A DNA stretch of 64,000 nucleotides from an uncultured Taibaiella sp. (GTDB taxonomy: Bacteria > Bacteroidota > Bacteroidia > Chitinophagales > Chitinophagaceae): assembly GCA_964622775.1 (NCBI GenBank), contig CAZUSO010000004.1:520-64519 (forward strand), given 5' to 3'. This document shows, in pieces, positions 7,319 to 17,167 of the stretch; the first letter of the stretch is position 1; every line of letters starts with the position of its first letter. The notes beneath the pieces are model-generated. The model was not told the origin of the DNA and ran no database searches. It saw only the letters and a list, made by a program, of their open reading frames with translations. The position numbers were made by a program, and so were the translations under genes.

Positions 7319-9847
7319 ATGACGCTAACCAGCATTCAACAATATTGCAAAGCAACATGGTGTTGCCGGACGAATGATTCGGAGATTAAGGAATTATTAA
7401 TCGACAGCCGCAAGGTGACCCATCCCCGGGGCGCTTTGTTTATTGCCCTGACCGGCCGCCGGAACGGGCACGATTTTATTACAGATGCTTATGAAAAAGG
7501 GCTTCGCAATTTCCTGGTCAGCGAAGATGTGGATTGTGATAAATATCCCGGCGCCAGTTTCCTGAAAGTACCGGATACGCTGACTGCGCTGCATCAAATT
7601 GCCACAGGGCACCGGGCAGGCTTACATTTCCCGGTAATCGGGATCACAGGAAGCAATGGAAAAACAGTCGTAAAGGAGTTATTATTCCAGCTTCTGAGCG
7701 ACCTGCCGGAATACAAAAAAGGTATCGGAATTATACGAAGCCCCAAGAGCTACAATTCCCAGATCGGCGTTCCCCTGACCATTTGGCTGATGCAGCACAA
7801 ACATACTTTAGGCATTGTGGAGGCCGGGATTTCGCAACCGGGAGAAATGGAACTGATAGAAAAAATGATTCGACCCGACATAGGGATATTTACCAATATC
7901 GGTGAGGCGCACAACGAAGGATTTATGAATATACGGCAAAAGATCCGCGAAAAACTTAAGCTGTTCCTCCATGCAGAGAAGTTGGTTTATTGCAAGGATT
8001 ACCCGGATATCCATGAATCAGTGCTGGAATTCAGGAAGCAGCGCAACGATCCGGAAAGCAGCAAGCTACACCTGTTTACCTGGTCGCATAAAACAGATGC
8101 GGATCTACGGATCGAATCAAGAGAAACTATAGGCGCTCAAACAACGCTCAGGGCAATTTACCGGCCTTTCGATGATAAGGAAACGCGTACACTTGCCATT
8201 ACGGTGCCTTATACTGATGAAGCCTATATTGAAAATGCCATCCATTGCTGGTGCCTGATGCTGATGCTCGGTATTGAAGATAGCGTCATTGCTGCAAAGA
8301 TGGAGAAATTACAGGCAGTAGCCATGCGCCTGGAACTGCGCCAGGGTGAAAATAATTGTACCGTTATTAATGATACTTACAATTCCGACCTGACTTCACT
8401 AAAGATAGCGCTGGATTTTCTGGAGCAACAAAAACACCATAATCATAAAACCCTGATTGTTTCCGACATCCTGCAAATCGGGAGGCCGGATTCGGAGCTG
8501 TATGAAGAAATTGCCGCCATCATCAGTCAGCACAGTATTCAACGTGTGATCGGCATCGGCGAAGCCATAGGACGATATAAAACTTTTTTCAGGAGGTACA
8601 AAAAATACCGCAGCATTTTCTTTAAATCCACTAATGATTTTTTGAAAAAAATGCACCTGCTCACCTTTTCCAATGAGGTCATCCTGCTGAAAGGAGCGCG
8701 TACTTTTCAGTTCGAAAAGATTGAAAAGCTGCTGGAGCAGAAAATGCATAAAACAATTCTGGAGATTAGCCTGTCTGCCATCACGCACAACCTGAATGTA
8801 TATAGAAACCTGATTGGGAAAAATACCCGGCTGATGGCTATGGTCAAAGCCTTTTCCTACGGAAACGGCAATTATGAAATCGGCAACCTGTTGCAGTTTG
8901 AGGGCGTGGATTATTTAGCCGTGGCCTATACCGATGAGGGCGTTACGCTGCGGAAAGCAGGCATTACCATCCCGATAATGGTGATGAGTCCGGAGCCGGA
9001 TTCCTTCGACCGGATGATCTCCTGGAAGCTGGAACCGGAAATATTTAACATGCAATCCCTGCAACAGTTTACCGGGATCGCCAATACACTGGGCGTAACA
9101 CATTATCCTGTTCATATCAAATTAGATACCGGCATGCACCGGCTGGGATTCACCGAAACAGAGATTGAGATGCTGGGGAAGATGCTTCCGGGAAATACAC
9201 ATGTTAAAGTGGCAACAGTTTTCAGTCATCTCGCCGGGAGCGACACTTTGTTGCTGGATGAATTTACAGCTTTGCAATCCTCACGGTTTGAAGCCATGAG
9301 CAAAAAGTTAGCCGGATATTTAGGATACAGTCCCATTCGTCACCTGAGCAATACTGCGGGTATATCCCGCCATAAATCTTTGCATTACGACATGGTCAGG
9401 CTGGGCATTGGATTATACGGTATTGATGCCAACGAAAAGGTACAGCGCCGCTTGCAGCAGATCAGCGCCCTGAAGACCATCATCGCCCAGATTAAGGAAC
9501 TGCCCGCCGGCGAAACCGTAGGCTACAGCAGAAAGGGTGTAATCAACCGCGCCAGCCGTATTGCTACGGTAGCCATTGGCTATGCAGACGGCTATTACCG
9601 CAGTTTTGGCAACGGCGTGGCGTATATGTTAGTAAACGGGCAACCTGCCAATGTCATTGGCAATGTGTGCATGGACATGTGCATGATAGACATCACCGAC
9701 ATCGGAAATGTGTATGAAGGAGATGAAGTTGTGGTATTTGGCGACAAACTGCCACTTACCAAACTGGCACAATGGGCCGACACTATTCCTTATGAAATCA
9801 TGACGAGCATTTCGCAGCGGGTAAAACGGGTGTATGTGAATGACTGA
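7319..9847 (+). CDS. murF/alr: bifunctional UDP-N-acetylmuramoyl-tripeptide--D-alanyl-D-alanine ligase / alanine racemase
   Basis: The N-terminal half is a Mur ligase (GITGSNGKT P-loop). The C-terminal half is an alanine racemase (AMVKAFSYGNG with the PLP lysine, and a YEIMTSISQRVKRVY tail). The ORF track opens at the GTG at 7238, but the ATG at 7319 is preferred. Confidence 0.9.
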   Translation: MTLTSIQQYCKATWCCRTNDSEIKELLIDSRKVTHPRGALFIALTGRRNGHDFITDAYEKGLRNFLVSEDVDCDKYPGASFLKVPDTLTALHQIATGHRAGLHFPVIGITGSNGKTVVKELLFQLLSDLPEYKKGIGIIRSPKSYNSQIGVPLTIWLMQHKHTLGIVEAGISQPGEMELIEKMIRPDIGIFTNIGEAHNEGFMNIRQKIREKLKLFLHAEKLVYCKDYPDIHESVLEFRKQRNDPESSKLHLFTWSHKTDADLRIESRETIGAQTTLRAIYRPFDDKETRTLAITVPYTDEAYIENAIHCWCLMLMLGIEDSVIAAKMEKLQAVAMRLELRQGENNCTVINDTYNSDLTSLKIALDFLEQQKHHNHKTLIVSDILQIGRPDSELYEEIAAIISQHSIQRVIGIGEAIGRYKTFFRRYKKYRSIFFKSTNDFLKKMHLLTFSNEVILLKGARTFQFEKIEKLLEQKMHKTILEISLSAITHNLNVYRNLIGKNTRLMAMVKAFSYGNGNYEIGNLLQFEGVDYLAVAYTDEGVTLRKAGITIPIMVMSPEPDSFDRMISWKLEPEIFNMQSLQQFTGIANTLGVTHYPVHIKLDTGMHRLGFTETEIEMLGKMLPGNTHVKVATVFSHLAGSDTLLLDEFTALQSSRFEAMSKKLAGYLGYSPIRHLSNTAGISRHKSLHYDMVRLGIGLYGIDANEKVQRRLQQISALKTIIAQIKELPAGETVGYSRKGVINRASRIATVAIGYADGYYRSFGNGVAYMLVNGQPANVIGNVCMDMCMIDITDIGNVYEGDEVVVFGDKLPLTKLAQWADTIPYEIMTSISQRVKRVYVND

Positions 9848-9848
9848 T

Positions 9849-11219
9849 CTATTGTTTGGCTGACAGGCGATACCAGTCCGTCAAATCAGGGCAATCGGCA
9901 AACTTCGGATCCATCTTCAGATAATGTGTCGGGATTTTTTCTATCATCCACTTTGTCAGATATTCGTTTTGCTTTTTCTGCAATGCAACCGTTTGAATAC
10001 GGTTGTAGTCATCGGCGAGGTTAGCTTTGTGCGGATCCGTACGGGAGCGCAGATACAGGATGCGGCAGGATTTCCGGCGGGTATAAGGGTCGGTAAAAGT
10101 TTCCGGCGTGGAATAGTCGCCCACCTGCAATTTGGCTATGGCCAGCGCCATTTGCGGATCTGGAAGATTATCTAAAGATAAAATTGAAGATGACGTTTGC
10201 TGATCATACACCATGCCGCCGGTCATCTTAGCATTTTTATCATTGCTGTATTTGCCTACTGCTTCCTGGAAGGTGATCTTTTTATCTAATAATTCCTGTC
10301 TCATCGTATCTAACTTATCTAATGTTTTCTGGAGATCGACCGAAGTAATGTCCGGAATAAGAATGATATGGCGCACAACGGCCTGGTCGCCAAGTCTTTT
10401 TACCATTTGTATAATATGGTAGCCAAAATCCGTTTTTATCACCGGAGAAATCTCTCCCGGTTGCAGCTTGTAGGCGGCGGAAACAAATACCGGGTCAAAG
10501 CCTTTCCTGTCAATGGTCAGCTCACCGCCATTGTCCTTCGTATCATCCTGGCTGTACATGCCCGCCATCATACCAAAATCTTTTCCATCTTCCACAATTT
10601 GCCGGCGGATATCTTCTAATTTCCCCATGGTATATTTTTCCACTTCGGGAGACACGTCCGGCTGTACAACAATCTGGCCCACCTCTACCGATGCCGGGAA
10701 AAAGGGGAGCTCATCTTCGGGAATAGCAGTGAAAAACTGCTGTACTTCGTTTGGAGTGACTTTTACGTTTTGAATCAGCTCCGCCTGCATCTCAGTGGCC
10801 AGAAGATTATCCCGAACGGATTCCCGGCTTTCTTCCTTCATCTGATACACGGTTTTGCCGAGATAAGCTTCCATTCTTTCGACGCTGCCGTTGAATTCAT
10901 TTTGTGCATAATACGAAATCTTTCGTTGCAAATCCGCGTCCACGGCTTCATCCGTAACCTTAGCCAACAGAGCGCTGTCACGGCCGGCTTCTTCTGCTAA
11001 GATCTTTTCTCCTACCATATTTCGGAATACATCGCAGCGAACGCTGTCATTGAGCTCAACGCCGCCCTTTTTCGCCTGTAAGAGATTAATCTGGTATTCC
11101 GATTGCAGGATAGCCCGGTTTCCTACAACGGCTATAATTTTATCGGCGACCTTTTCCTGCGCGGTTGCTGCGCTGCAAATGGCCAAAATGCATAAAGAAA
11201 GACTGATTTTTTTAAACAT
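9849..11219 (-). CDS. periplasmic peptidyl-prolyl isomerase/chaperone, SurA-like (PpiC parvulin domain)
   Basis: It has a signal peptide MFKKISLSLCILAICSAATAQ, a SurA-like N-domain and a parvulin motif FGYHIIQMV. Confidence 0.85.
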   Translation of the reverse strand: MFKKISLSLCILAICSAATAQEKVADKIIAVVGNRAILQSEYQINLLQAKKGGVELNDSVRCDVFRNMVGEKILAEEAGRDSALLAKVTDEAVDADLQRKISYYAQNEFNGSVERMEAYLGKTVYQMKEESRESVRDNLLATEMQAELIQNVKVTPNEVQQFFTAIPEDELPFFPASVEVGQIVVQPDVSPEVEKYTMGKLEDIRRQIVEDGKDFGMMAGMYSQDDTKDNGGELTIDRKGFDPVFVSAAYKLQPGEISPVIKTDFGYHIIQMVKRLGDQAVVRHIILIPDITSVDLQKTLDKLDTMRQELLDKKITFQEAVGKYSNDKNAKMTGGMVYDQQTSSSILSLDNLPDPQMALAIAKLQVGDYSTPETFTDPYTRRKSCRILYLRSRTDPHKANLADDYNRIQTVALQKKQNEYLTKWMIEKIPTHYLKMDPKFADCPDLTDWYRLSAKQ

Positions 11220-11224
11220 ATCTG

Positions 11225-11232
11225 CAAAGGTA
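11225..11232 (-). promoter_or_regulatory. Bacteroidota -7 promoter box (TACCTTTG) only 5 nt from the start codon of the SurA-like gene
   Basis: The minus strand reads TACCTTTG-cagat-ATG. Confidence 0.4.
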
Positions 11233-11365
11233 ATTGTTTAGGCCGTAGTAAAATCTTAAATCGTAAAAATAGATAAGCTAATGTTGCATTTGTAATTGTA
11301 AAAAATGAAATGGACTTTTGTTGCCGGATTTTATCGTATTTTTAAACCGCAAAAACAAATTATCA

Positions 11366-12064
11366 ATGGGATTTAATAAAGTTGTGGCTAATGCCGATGA
11401 GGCTGTAAAAAACATCCGGGATGGTGCAGTGATTATGTTAGGCGGGTTTGGACTGTGTGGCATACCGGAAAATTGTATTAAAGCAATTATTAAAAAGGGG
11501 ATAAAAGATATCACTTGTATTTCCAATAACGCAGGTGTGGATGATTTTGGTATCGGCCTGCTACTGAAAACCAGGCAGGTAAAGAAAATGATCTCCTCTT
11601 ATGTAGGAGAAAATGCGGAGTTCGAGCGGCAATTGCTAAGCGGCGAGCTTGAAGTGGACCTCGTTCCGCAAGGTACTCTGGCCACACGCTGCATGGCGGC
11701 TGCTTATGGATTTCCGGCTATCTTCACGCCGGCAGGCATCGGCACCCAAGTAGCGGAAGGTAAAGAAGTGCGTAATTTTAAAGGCAAAGACTATCTGGTA
11801 GAAGAAGCCTTTGATGCAGATTATGCCATTGTAAAAGCCTGGAAAGGCGATACGTCCGGTAATCTTATATTCAACAAAACCGCACGGAATTTCAACAGCG
11901 TAATGGCGATGGGCGGCAAAACCACCATTGTGGAGGTAGAAGAGCTGGTGGAAGCCGGCGAGCTGGATCCTAACTTTGTTCATGTTCCTGGTATTTATGT
12001 ACATCGCATCTTCCAGGGAACGGATTATGAAAAGCGGATCGAACAACGTACTGTAAGGCAATAA
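11366..12064 (+). CDS. scoA: CoA transferase subunit A (3-oxoacid CoA-transferase family)
   Basis: The product reads [36 protein letters not shown]...SYVGEN...PQGTLA. The start is moved to the ATG at 11366. Confidence 0.9.
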   Translation: MGFNKVVANADEAVKNIRDGAVIMLGGFGLCGIPENCIKAIIKKGIKDITCISNNAGVDDFGIGLLLKTRQVKKMISSYVGENAEFERQLLSGELEVDLVPQGTLATRCMAAAYGFPAIFTPAGIGTQVAEGKEVRNFKGKDYLVEEAFDADYAIVKAWKGDTSGNLIFNKTARNFNSVMAMGGKTTIVEVEELVEAGELDPNFVHVPGIYVHRIFQGTDYEKRIEQRTVRQ

Positions 12065-12474
12065 CGATAATTGCATTTTTTTAAAATTCCCGGATCCGGG
12101 CGATCAGCCGGTTTTTAAAGATTATTCCGGTTTTGTAAAAAAAATGCCGTAATTAATTGTTCCTGCTACACTTTAAGGGATTCCCGCCGTTCATCTCCCG
12201 GAGCGGAGCAGCCAATATCCCATAGTTACGGAAATGCTTCCGGAGTGCATTTGCTCAATGGGCAGGAAGCGGATATAAGCCCGGGAGGCATCAGATTGAC
12301 CAAAGCACAGGCGGCCTGGAGGCGGATAAAAAACGGTAATCTGATGGGAGATATAGTGAAATCTGCGGCGATGCCCAGGTCATAATATTTCATATCCGGG
12401 GCCGCCGCATGATGCAATATGCCGCTTCCTAAGTGAGGCGTACATGAATTTTTATTTAATCGGAAACATAAGCC

Positions 12475-12509
12475 GGTGAATTATGCAAAGATTGGTGAAT
12501 TATGCAAAG
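12475..12509. repeat. perfect 16-nt tandem duplication (period 19) spanning the scoB stop codon
   Basis: ggtgaattatgcaaag occurs at 12475-12490 and again at 12494-12509. Confidence 0.9.
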
Positions 12510-13159
12510 GCTATTTCCTTTACCTTGTCGGATATGGTCAGGCGACCTGCGGTTTTGGCTTTGATTTCTTCAATAGTCACACCCGGAGCGTATTCAGTAC
12601 AGAGAAATCCGTTTTCGGTAATCTCGAAAACGCCCAAATCGGAAACCACTTTCTTTACGCATTTCAGGCCGGTGATGGGCAAACTGCATTGGGACAGTAA
12701 TTTCGAATTGCCGGCTCTGTCGGTGTGCTGCATCGCAACGATAATGTTTTTGGCAGAAGCCACCAGATCCATTGCCCCTCCCATACCTTTCACCATCTTA
12801 CCCGGAATTTTCCAGTTGGCAATATCGCCGTTGTCCGCAACTTCCATAGCGCCTAAAACAGTAAGATCCACCTTACCGGCACGAATCATACCAAAACTCA
12901 GGGCGCTGTCAAAATAGCTGCCGCCCTTGCGCAATGTTACGGTTTGCTTACCCGCATTGATCAGGTCGGCATCCACCTCATCTTCCGTTGGGAAGGGGCC
13001 GATGCCCAGCATGCCATTTTCGCTTTGTAATTCAATCTCTATATCGGATGGCACATAATTGGCTACCAGCGTGGGAATGCCGATACCCAGATTAACGTAC
13101 ATACCATCCTGAAGCTCCTGCGCAATACGTTGCGCAATTTGATTTTTATCTAAAGCCAT
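12500..13159 (-). CDS. scoB: CoA transferase subunit B
   Basis: The product reads MALDKNQIAQRIAQELQDGMYVNLGIGIPTLVANY...SENGMLG...GGAMDL, the AtoA/ScoB family signature with the catalytic-Glu context SENG. Confidence 0.9.
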   Translation of the reverse strand: MALDKNQIAQRIAQELQDGMYVNLGIGIPTLVANYVPSDIEIELQSENGMLGIGPFPTEDEVDADLINAGKQTVTLRKGGSYFDSALSFGMIRAGKVDLTVLGAMEVADNGDIANWKIPGKMVKGMGGAMDLVASAKNIIVAMQHTDRAGNSKLLSQCSLPITGLKCVKKVVSDLGVFEITENGFLCTEYAPGVTIEEIKAKTAGRLTISDKVKEIAFA

Positions 13160-13302
13160 TATGAGTAATATTTTTTATGCTACAAAATAAAATAAAATTC
13201 CAGCAAGTTAATACTTTTCTTTCAGAGTTCTTTTCCGGGAAAGTGTCGAGTCGGATGTATTCCAAGCGGACATCCGGCCTTTACCGCTCCATCACCTTTG
13301 TG

Positions 13303-14751
13303 CTACCGGCGGATGCTTTTTATTAAAGCCCGCATCATGCGGAAAGAAAATAAGCCACAGGCAAAAACACTGAGCGCGGCTCCGGCAGCAATCAGCAGCA
13401 ATGATGGGAAAAAGGCAAAGGCAACACGATGGATCAGCCAGACAATGGTAATCATGGTTCCGGCAAACAACACAATCCGGACAAACCATACCGCATCTCT
13501 TTTAAATCCGAAATGCCGCGTAGCCACAATGACGTTCAAAGCAGCAATGGTCAGGCTGGTACAGCATGCTGTAATCGCTGCGCCCAAAGCGCCGTACCGG
13601 GGAATAAGCCACAGGTTATTGCACAGGCTGATGCACACGCCTATTGCAGAAATAAGTATGAGTATGCGGAGATTACCATTCGCCGTAAGCAAGGTGGCAT
13701 AAATATAAGTAAGGCAATAGGCCGGAAAGGTCATCATCAGTACCGAGAACACCCGGCTATCATATTGCGTTGCGTCATGATGCTGCAGCAGCATAATTTC
13801 ATTCCCGAAAAACCAGGCGGTAATGCAAACGGTAAGCGCAACCGGCAGCAGCAGATTTACCCCCGTCCGCACTATAGGTTCCACGGGATTCCTTTCCGCC
13901 AGCAGTCGCCCGAACAGCGGAAGCAGGATGCCGGCAAACAATACGCCGGTTACGTTATTGGAAACATCCAGCAGCCGGAACGCCGCAGCAAAGACTCCTG
14001 TTTCATGTGCTCCATTAGGCAACAGGCGCTCAATCAGGATAGCATCAGCACGCATATAAACCGCCATTAAAAAAATCAGTATCGCATACGGCAGGCTTTG
14101 CCGGCATATCTGCAGGGTGCGTTTGTAATCAAAATGCGTCCAGTCGAAATGCGTATGCCGCAACGAAATAACAAAAGCAATTACCGCAGTGAACAAATAA
14201 GCCGTCATCTGCGCATATACGAACCATTCAATCTTAAATGTACCGGCAAAGCCGCTGTGATAGAGCATTACCGAACATATTGCAATCATCATCAGCTTGT
14301 CGGTTACAGACAATATACTGTCGGTTTTAAAGCGCTGCATGCCGGCAATATTGCTGCGTAAATACAGCACAAAGGAATTGAGTATCTGTACACCGCATAA
14401 TGCCATTAGCAACCATAGCGCCCTGTCCCGAAACCCGGAAAGAGTTCCCAGCAGCATCACCGCCCCCAGGTAAGCTCCCGACAGCAGCAACTTCGCAATA
14501 ATCATATTGGGAAACATCCGGTGCAGCCGCTGTGGCGATTGAGCGATGATGCGGGTGTTATAGCTTTGCATGCCGAAATCCAGCAGGATCTGAAACATCA
14601 TACTGAAATTCAGCAACGCCACATATTGTCCGTATGTACCATAGCCCACCGTATTTTGTACTTTCAAATCAATGGCGAAAATCCAAACCGGTTTAACAAT
14701 CAGGTTCACCAATAACAGAAAAAAGATATTTTGTACAAAAGACTTACGCAC
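13303..14751 (-). CDS. polysaccharide biosynthesis protein / oligosaccharide flippase (MOP/Wzx-like)
   Basis: The 482 aa product is a polytopic membrane protein of about 12-14 TM segments with a flippase-like N-terminus. Confidence 0.7.
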   Translation of the reverse strand: MRKSFVQNIFFLLLVNLIVKPVWIFAIDLKVQNTVGYGTYGQYVALLNFSMMFQILLDFGMQSYNTRIIAQSPQRLHRMFPNMIIAKLLLSGAYLGAVMLLGTLSGFRDRALWLLMALCGVQILNSFVLYLRSNIAGMQRFKTDSILSVTDKLMMIAICSVMLYHSGFAGTFKIEWFVYAQMTAYLFTAVIAFVISLRHTHFDWTHFDYKRTLQICRQSLPYAILIFLMAVYMRADAILIERLLPNGAHETGVFAAAFRLLDVSNNVTGVLFAGILLPLFGRLLAERNPVEPIVRTGVNLLLPVALTVCITAWFFGNEIMLLQHHDATQYDSRVFSVLMMTFPAYCLTYIYATLLTANGNLRILILISAIGVCISLCNNLWLIPRYGALGAAITACCTSLTIAALNVIVATRHFGFKRDAVWFVRIVLFAGTMITIVWLIHRVAFAFFPSLLLIAAGAALSVFACGLFSFRMMRALIKSIRR

Positions 14752-14920
14752 GAAGTAACTTCAATTATAAATTGAAAATTAGGAATAAAAACGCATAAAC
14801 CTAAAACCCTTTTCGGAGCCTTAGGAGTTTTTTGAAAATAAGCCCGGCATTATCCCATATTTAATGGCAATAATAAAGACAAACCTTCCCTGACAGGCAC
14901 ACCAAAAATTACAGCTTATG

Positions 14921-15017
14921 CATCCCTTCCCGGATAACTTACCAAGCAAATCTGGATTATCTGTAAGAAAAAATATATTTGACCAGGCATCGCATCTTTT
15001 CCCGGATAACTTACCAA
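14921..15017. repeat. 25-nt direct repeat pair (14921-14945 and 14993-15017, 2 mismatches; 18-nt perfect core)
   Basis: The core tcccggataacttaccaa occurs at 14928-14945 and 15000-15017, a spacing of 72 nt. Confidence 0.85.
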
Positions 15018-15021
15018 TTTA

Positions 15022-16032
15022 CTATCCCATATTTTTTTTGATGGCCAGCAACGAAAGATCACTGTCCGTCTTTTGAATGGTATTGGTAAGCGTGCCCAGC
15101 CCGTCAATCTTCATTTCTACGACATCGTCCGGTTGCAGCCATTGTTCCGGGTAACCGGGGTCATTCAGCTTGCCCGTTCCGTTTAGCTCCAGGAAGCAGC
15201 CGGTTCCCACCGTTCCACTACCAATCACATCACCCGGCAAAATATCCGCACCGTAGGCACAGCGTTCAATAATCTCTGCAAAAGTCCAGTCCATGTCGCC
15301 TGCATTGCCGGCACTCACCGGAATATTGTTTACACTACAGGTCATTTTCAGGTTGTAGTTATTACCCGTATGTTGCGCTTTCGCCGGTATTTTATAAGGT
15401 TCCAGCTCATCGGGCGTAACTAACCAGGGACCGATAACCGTTGAAAAATCCTTGCCCTTGGCAGGGCCGAGATTCAGCATCATCTCTTCCATCTGGAGTC
15501 GGCGCGCGCTCATGTCATTCATGATACAATAACCGGCAATGTAATTGTCTGCTTCACACGCTTTGATATTCTTTCCCTTTTTTCCGATGACTACTGCGAT
15601 TTCCAGTTCGAAATCCAATTTCTCAAAATGATCAGGCATACAGTCAATATTGCCCGGGCCCTGTATGGCATTATGATTGGTAAAATAGAAAATAGGATAT
15701 TGGTCGAATTGCGGGATCATCTCCACCTTACGGTTGCGGCGTGCCGCAGCCACATGCTGACGAAAGGCATAACCATCGCGGCAGGAAGTGGGATGGGGAA
15801 CAGGCGCCAGGAGCTGCACGTGTTCTATTCCGATGGATGGAATGTTTAATTTTCCGTTTTTAATGGCTGCTTCTGCTTCCTTTGCAACCGGCAGGTACCT
15901 GTCCCAATCGTTCAGCATGGGAAGGATAGCCGATGGCAGGCGGCTGTCCGCTTCATTAGTGTCGTATAAATCATTTCCGATAAGAATCGCCAGTTGCTCA
16001 TGCGCATTTTTACGGTAGGTTACTAATTTCAT
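15022..16032 (-). CDS. fumarylacetoacetate hydrolase family protein
   Basis: The 336 aa product has an FAH-fold C-terminal domain (GYCIMNDMSARRLQ...GPAKGKDF...GDVIGSGTVG). Confidence 0.85.
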   Translation of the reverse strand: MKLVTYRKNAHEQLAILIGNDLYDTNEADSRLPSAILPMLNDWDRYLPVAKEAEAAIKNGKLNIPSIGIEHVQLLAPVPHPTSCRDGYAFRQHVAAARRNRKVEMIPQFDQYPIFYFTNHNAIQGPGNIDCMPDHFEKLDFELEIAVVIGKKGKNIKACEADNYIAGYCIMNDMSARRLQMEEMMLNLGPAKGKDFSTVIGPWLVTPDELEPYKIPAKAQHTGNNYNLKMTCSVNNIPVSAGNAGDMDWTFAEIIERCAYGADILPGDVIGSGTVGTGCFLELNGTGKLNDPGYPEQWLQPDDVVEMKIDGLGTLTNTIQKTDSDLSLLAIKKNMG

Positions 16033-16086
16033 TATGCTATGTTGCTTTTATTTTGATGTAAAAAAAATTGACTTGATATGAAAAGG

Positions 16087-16094
16087 CAAAAGTA
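16087..16094 (-). promoter_or_regulatory. Bacteroidota -7 promoter box (TACTTTTG) for the FAH-family gene
   Basis: The plus-strand caaaagta lies 54 nt upstream of the ATG at 16032. Confidence 0.4.
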
Positions 16095-16101
16095 ATACAG
16101 A

Positions 16102-16962
16102 TTATTCTATCGGCCTTTGAGGGTGAAATTCCCTGTTGTTTTTACCGGTGGGCAGCGTAATGCCCAGGCTCATAATGAGCTCATAAGTTCCGAAAGCCTG
16201 TCTGGCCTTTCCCTGATATACGCTTAGTCCGCTGTAACGCGCATAATCGCCTTTCTGGGCAAATTCCAGGTAAACATATTTCATCATGGTTGCCCGGAGT
16301 GCCGTTTCGATACCCGCATTCCAGCCGCCAAGCTGAAATCCGTCATCGTTTTTATGGCCGAACAAACTGTTTTCCACATGAGGAATCACCGGCCCGATAC
16401 CAGCTTTTATCAGGGCATCTAATTTAAATTTTTTGTTGTTCGTATGAAAAACGGAAAACCTTTTCACCAGATTAAACAATAAAAAATTAGCGCCGTTATT
16501 GAGGTAATAATAAAATCCGCTGTCGTATGTAAAAGGAATAAGACCATCATAAAGTGTGCCGTTGAGCGTACCTTTCAGATGAATTTGCTGATCTTGCCGG
16601 ATAATGTATTTTGTATGATCAAAATTGATCTCAAAAGCCCAGTCCTGCTTCTTATTGAAGAAATATCCCAACCGGTAATTGTATTGCGGAACGGTCAGCG
16701 GTTTATTAAAAATGCCGGTATTCCATCCCGGATGATCCTGAGCCATTACCTTTTTCATGGTATAATCATTACCCAGGCTTTCCTGCTTAACATATACATC
16801 CGAATACGAGTACCATTCTTTATTATAGCCCCAACTGAAATAAAGGCTGCCGTTTTTCACGATATTAACTCCACGCCCCCCGGACTGTGCGCTTGAAGCA
16901 TCAGTTATCAGCAGAAAAGAGAACAATAACGGAATGATGATCCGGTAAGTATAAAGCGACAC
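16102..16962 (-). CDS. hypothetical secreted protein, possibly an outer-membrane beta-barrel
   Basis: It has a GTG start and a signal peptide (LLFSFLLITDASSAQ). The sequence is rich in aromatics with an alternating pattern. I did not recognise a family. Confidence 0.55.
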   Translation of the reverse strand: MSLYTYRIIIPLLFSFLLITDASSAQSGGRGVNIVKNGSLYFSWGYNKEWYSYSDVYVKQESLGNDYTMKKVMAQDHPGWNTGIFNKPLTVPQYNYRLGYFFNKKQDWAFEINFDHTKYIIRQDQQIHLKGTLNGTLYDGLIPFTYDSGFYYYLNNGANFLLFNLVKRFSVFHTNNKKFKLDALIKAGIGPVIPHVENSLFGHKNDDGFQLGGWNAGIETALRATMMKYVYLEFAQKGDYARYSGLSVYQGKARQAFGTYELIMSLGITLPTGKNNREFHPQRPIE

Positions 16963-17137
16963 GATATATTTTTTGGTAAGGATGGCGAAGATACAAAGTC
17001 CTGTCAGATTTTTTACCTGGGGTGAATTAACATAAGTTCATTGAACCCTCCCGGCATATTCCATCTAAGATGTACCCTTATCATTATTGCTGATGCAGCA
17101 TCATCTTTTTGCAATAAAAAATCCTGCTGATTCCTTA

Positions 17138-17145
17138 GTACCTTT
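17138..17145 (+). promoter_or_regulatory. Bacteroidota -7 promoter box (TACCTTTG) for the radical SAM gene
   Basis: It is an exact TAnnTTTG match 22 nt upstream of the ATG at 17168, which argues against the longer ORF start at 17087. Confidence 0.45.
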
Positions 17146-17167
17146 GCGGCACATCAATGTAAATGGC

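Noticed and set aside
13429-14070. Long antisense or shadow ORFs in the track. Examples are 13429-14070(+), 12483-12917(+), 17222-17701(-), 29753-30169(-), 32007-32555(+), 45562-46044(-), 54406-54879(-), 2557-2976(+), and the many ORFs inside the alpha-2-macroglobulin gene.
   Set aside because: Each lies fully inside a confidently identified gene on the opposite strand or in another frame. Their composition is Arg/Ser/Cys/Pro-rich and non-protein-like, and no family motifs are present.
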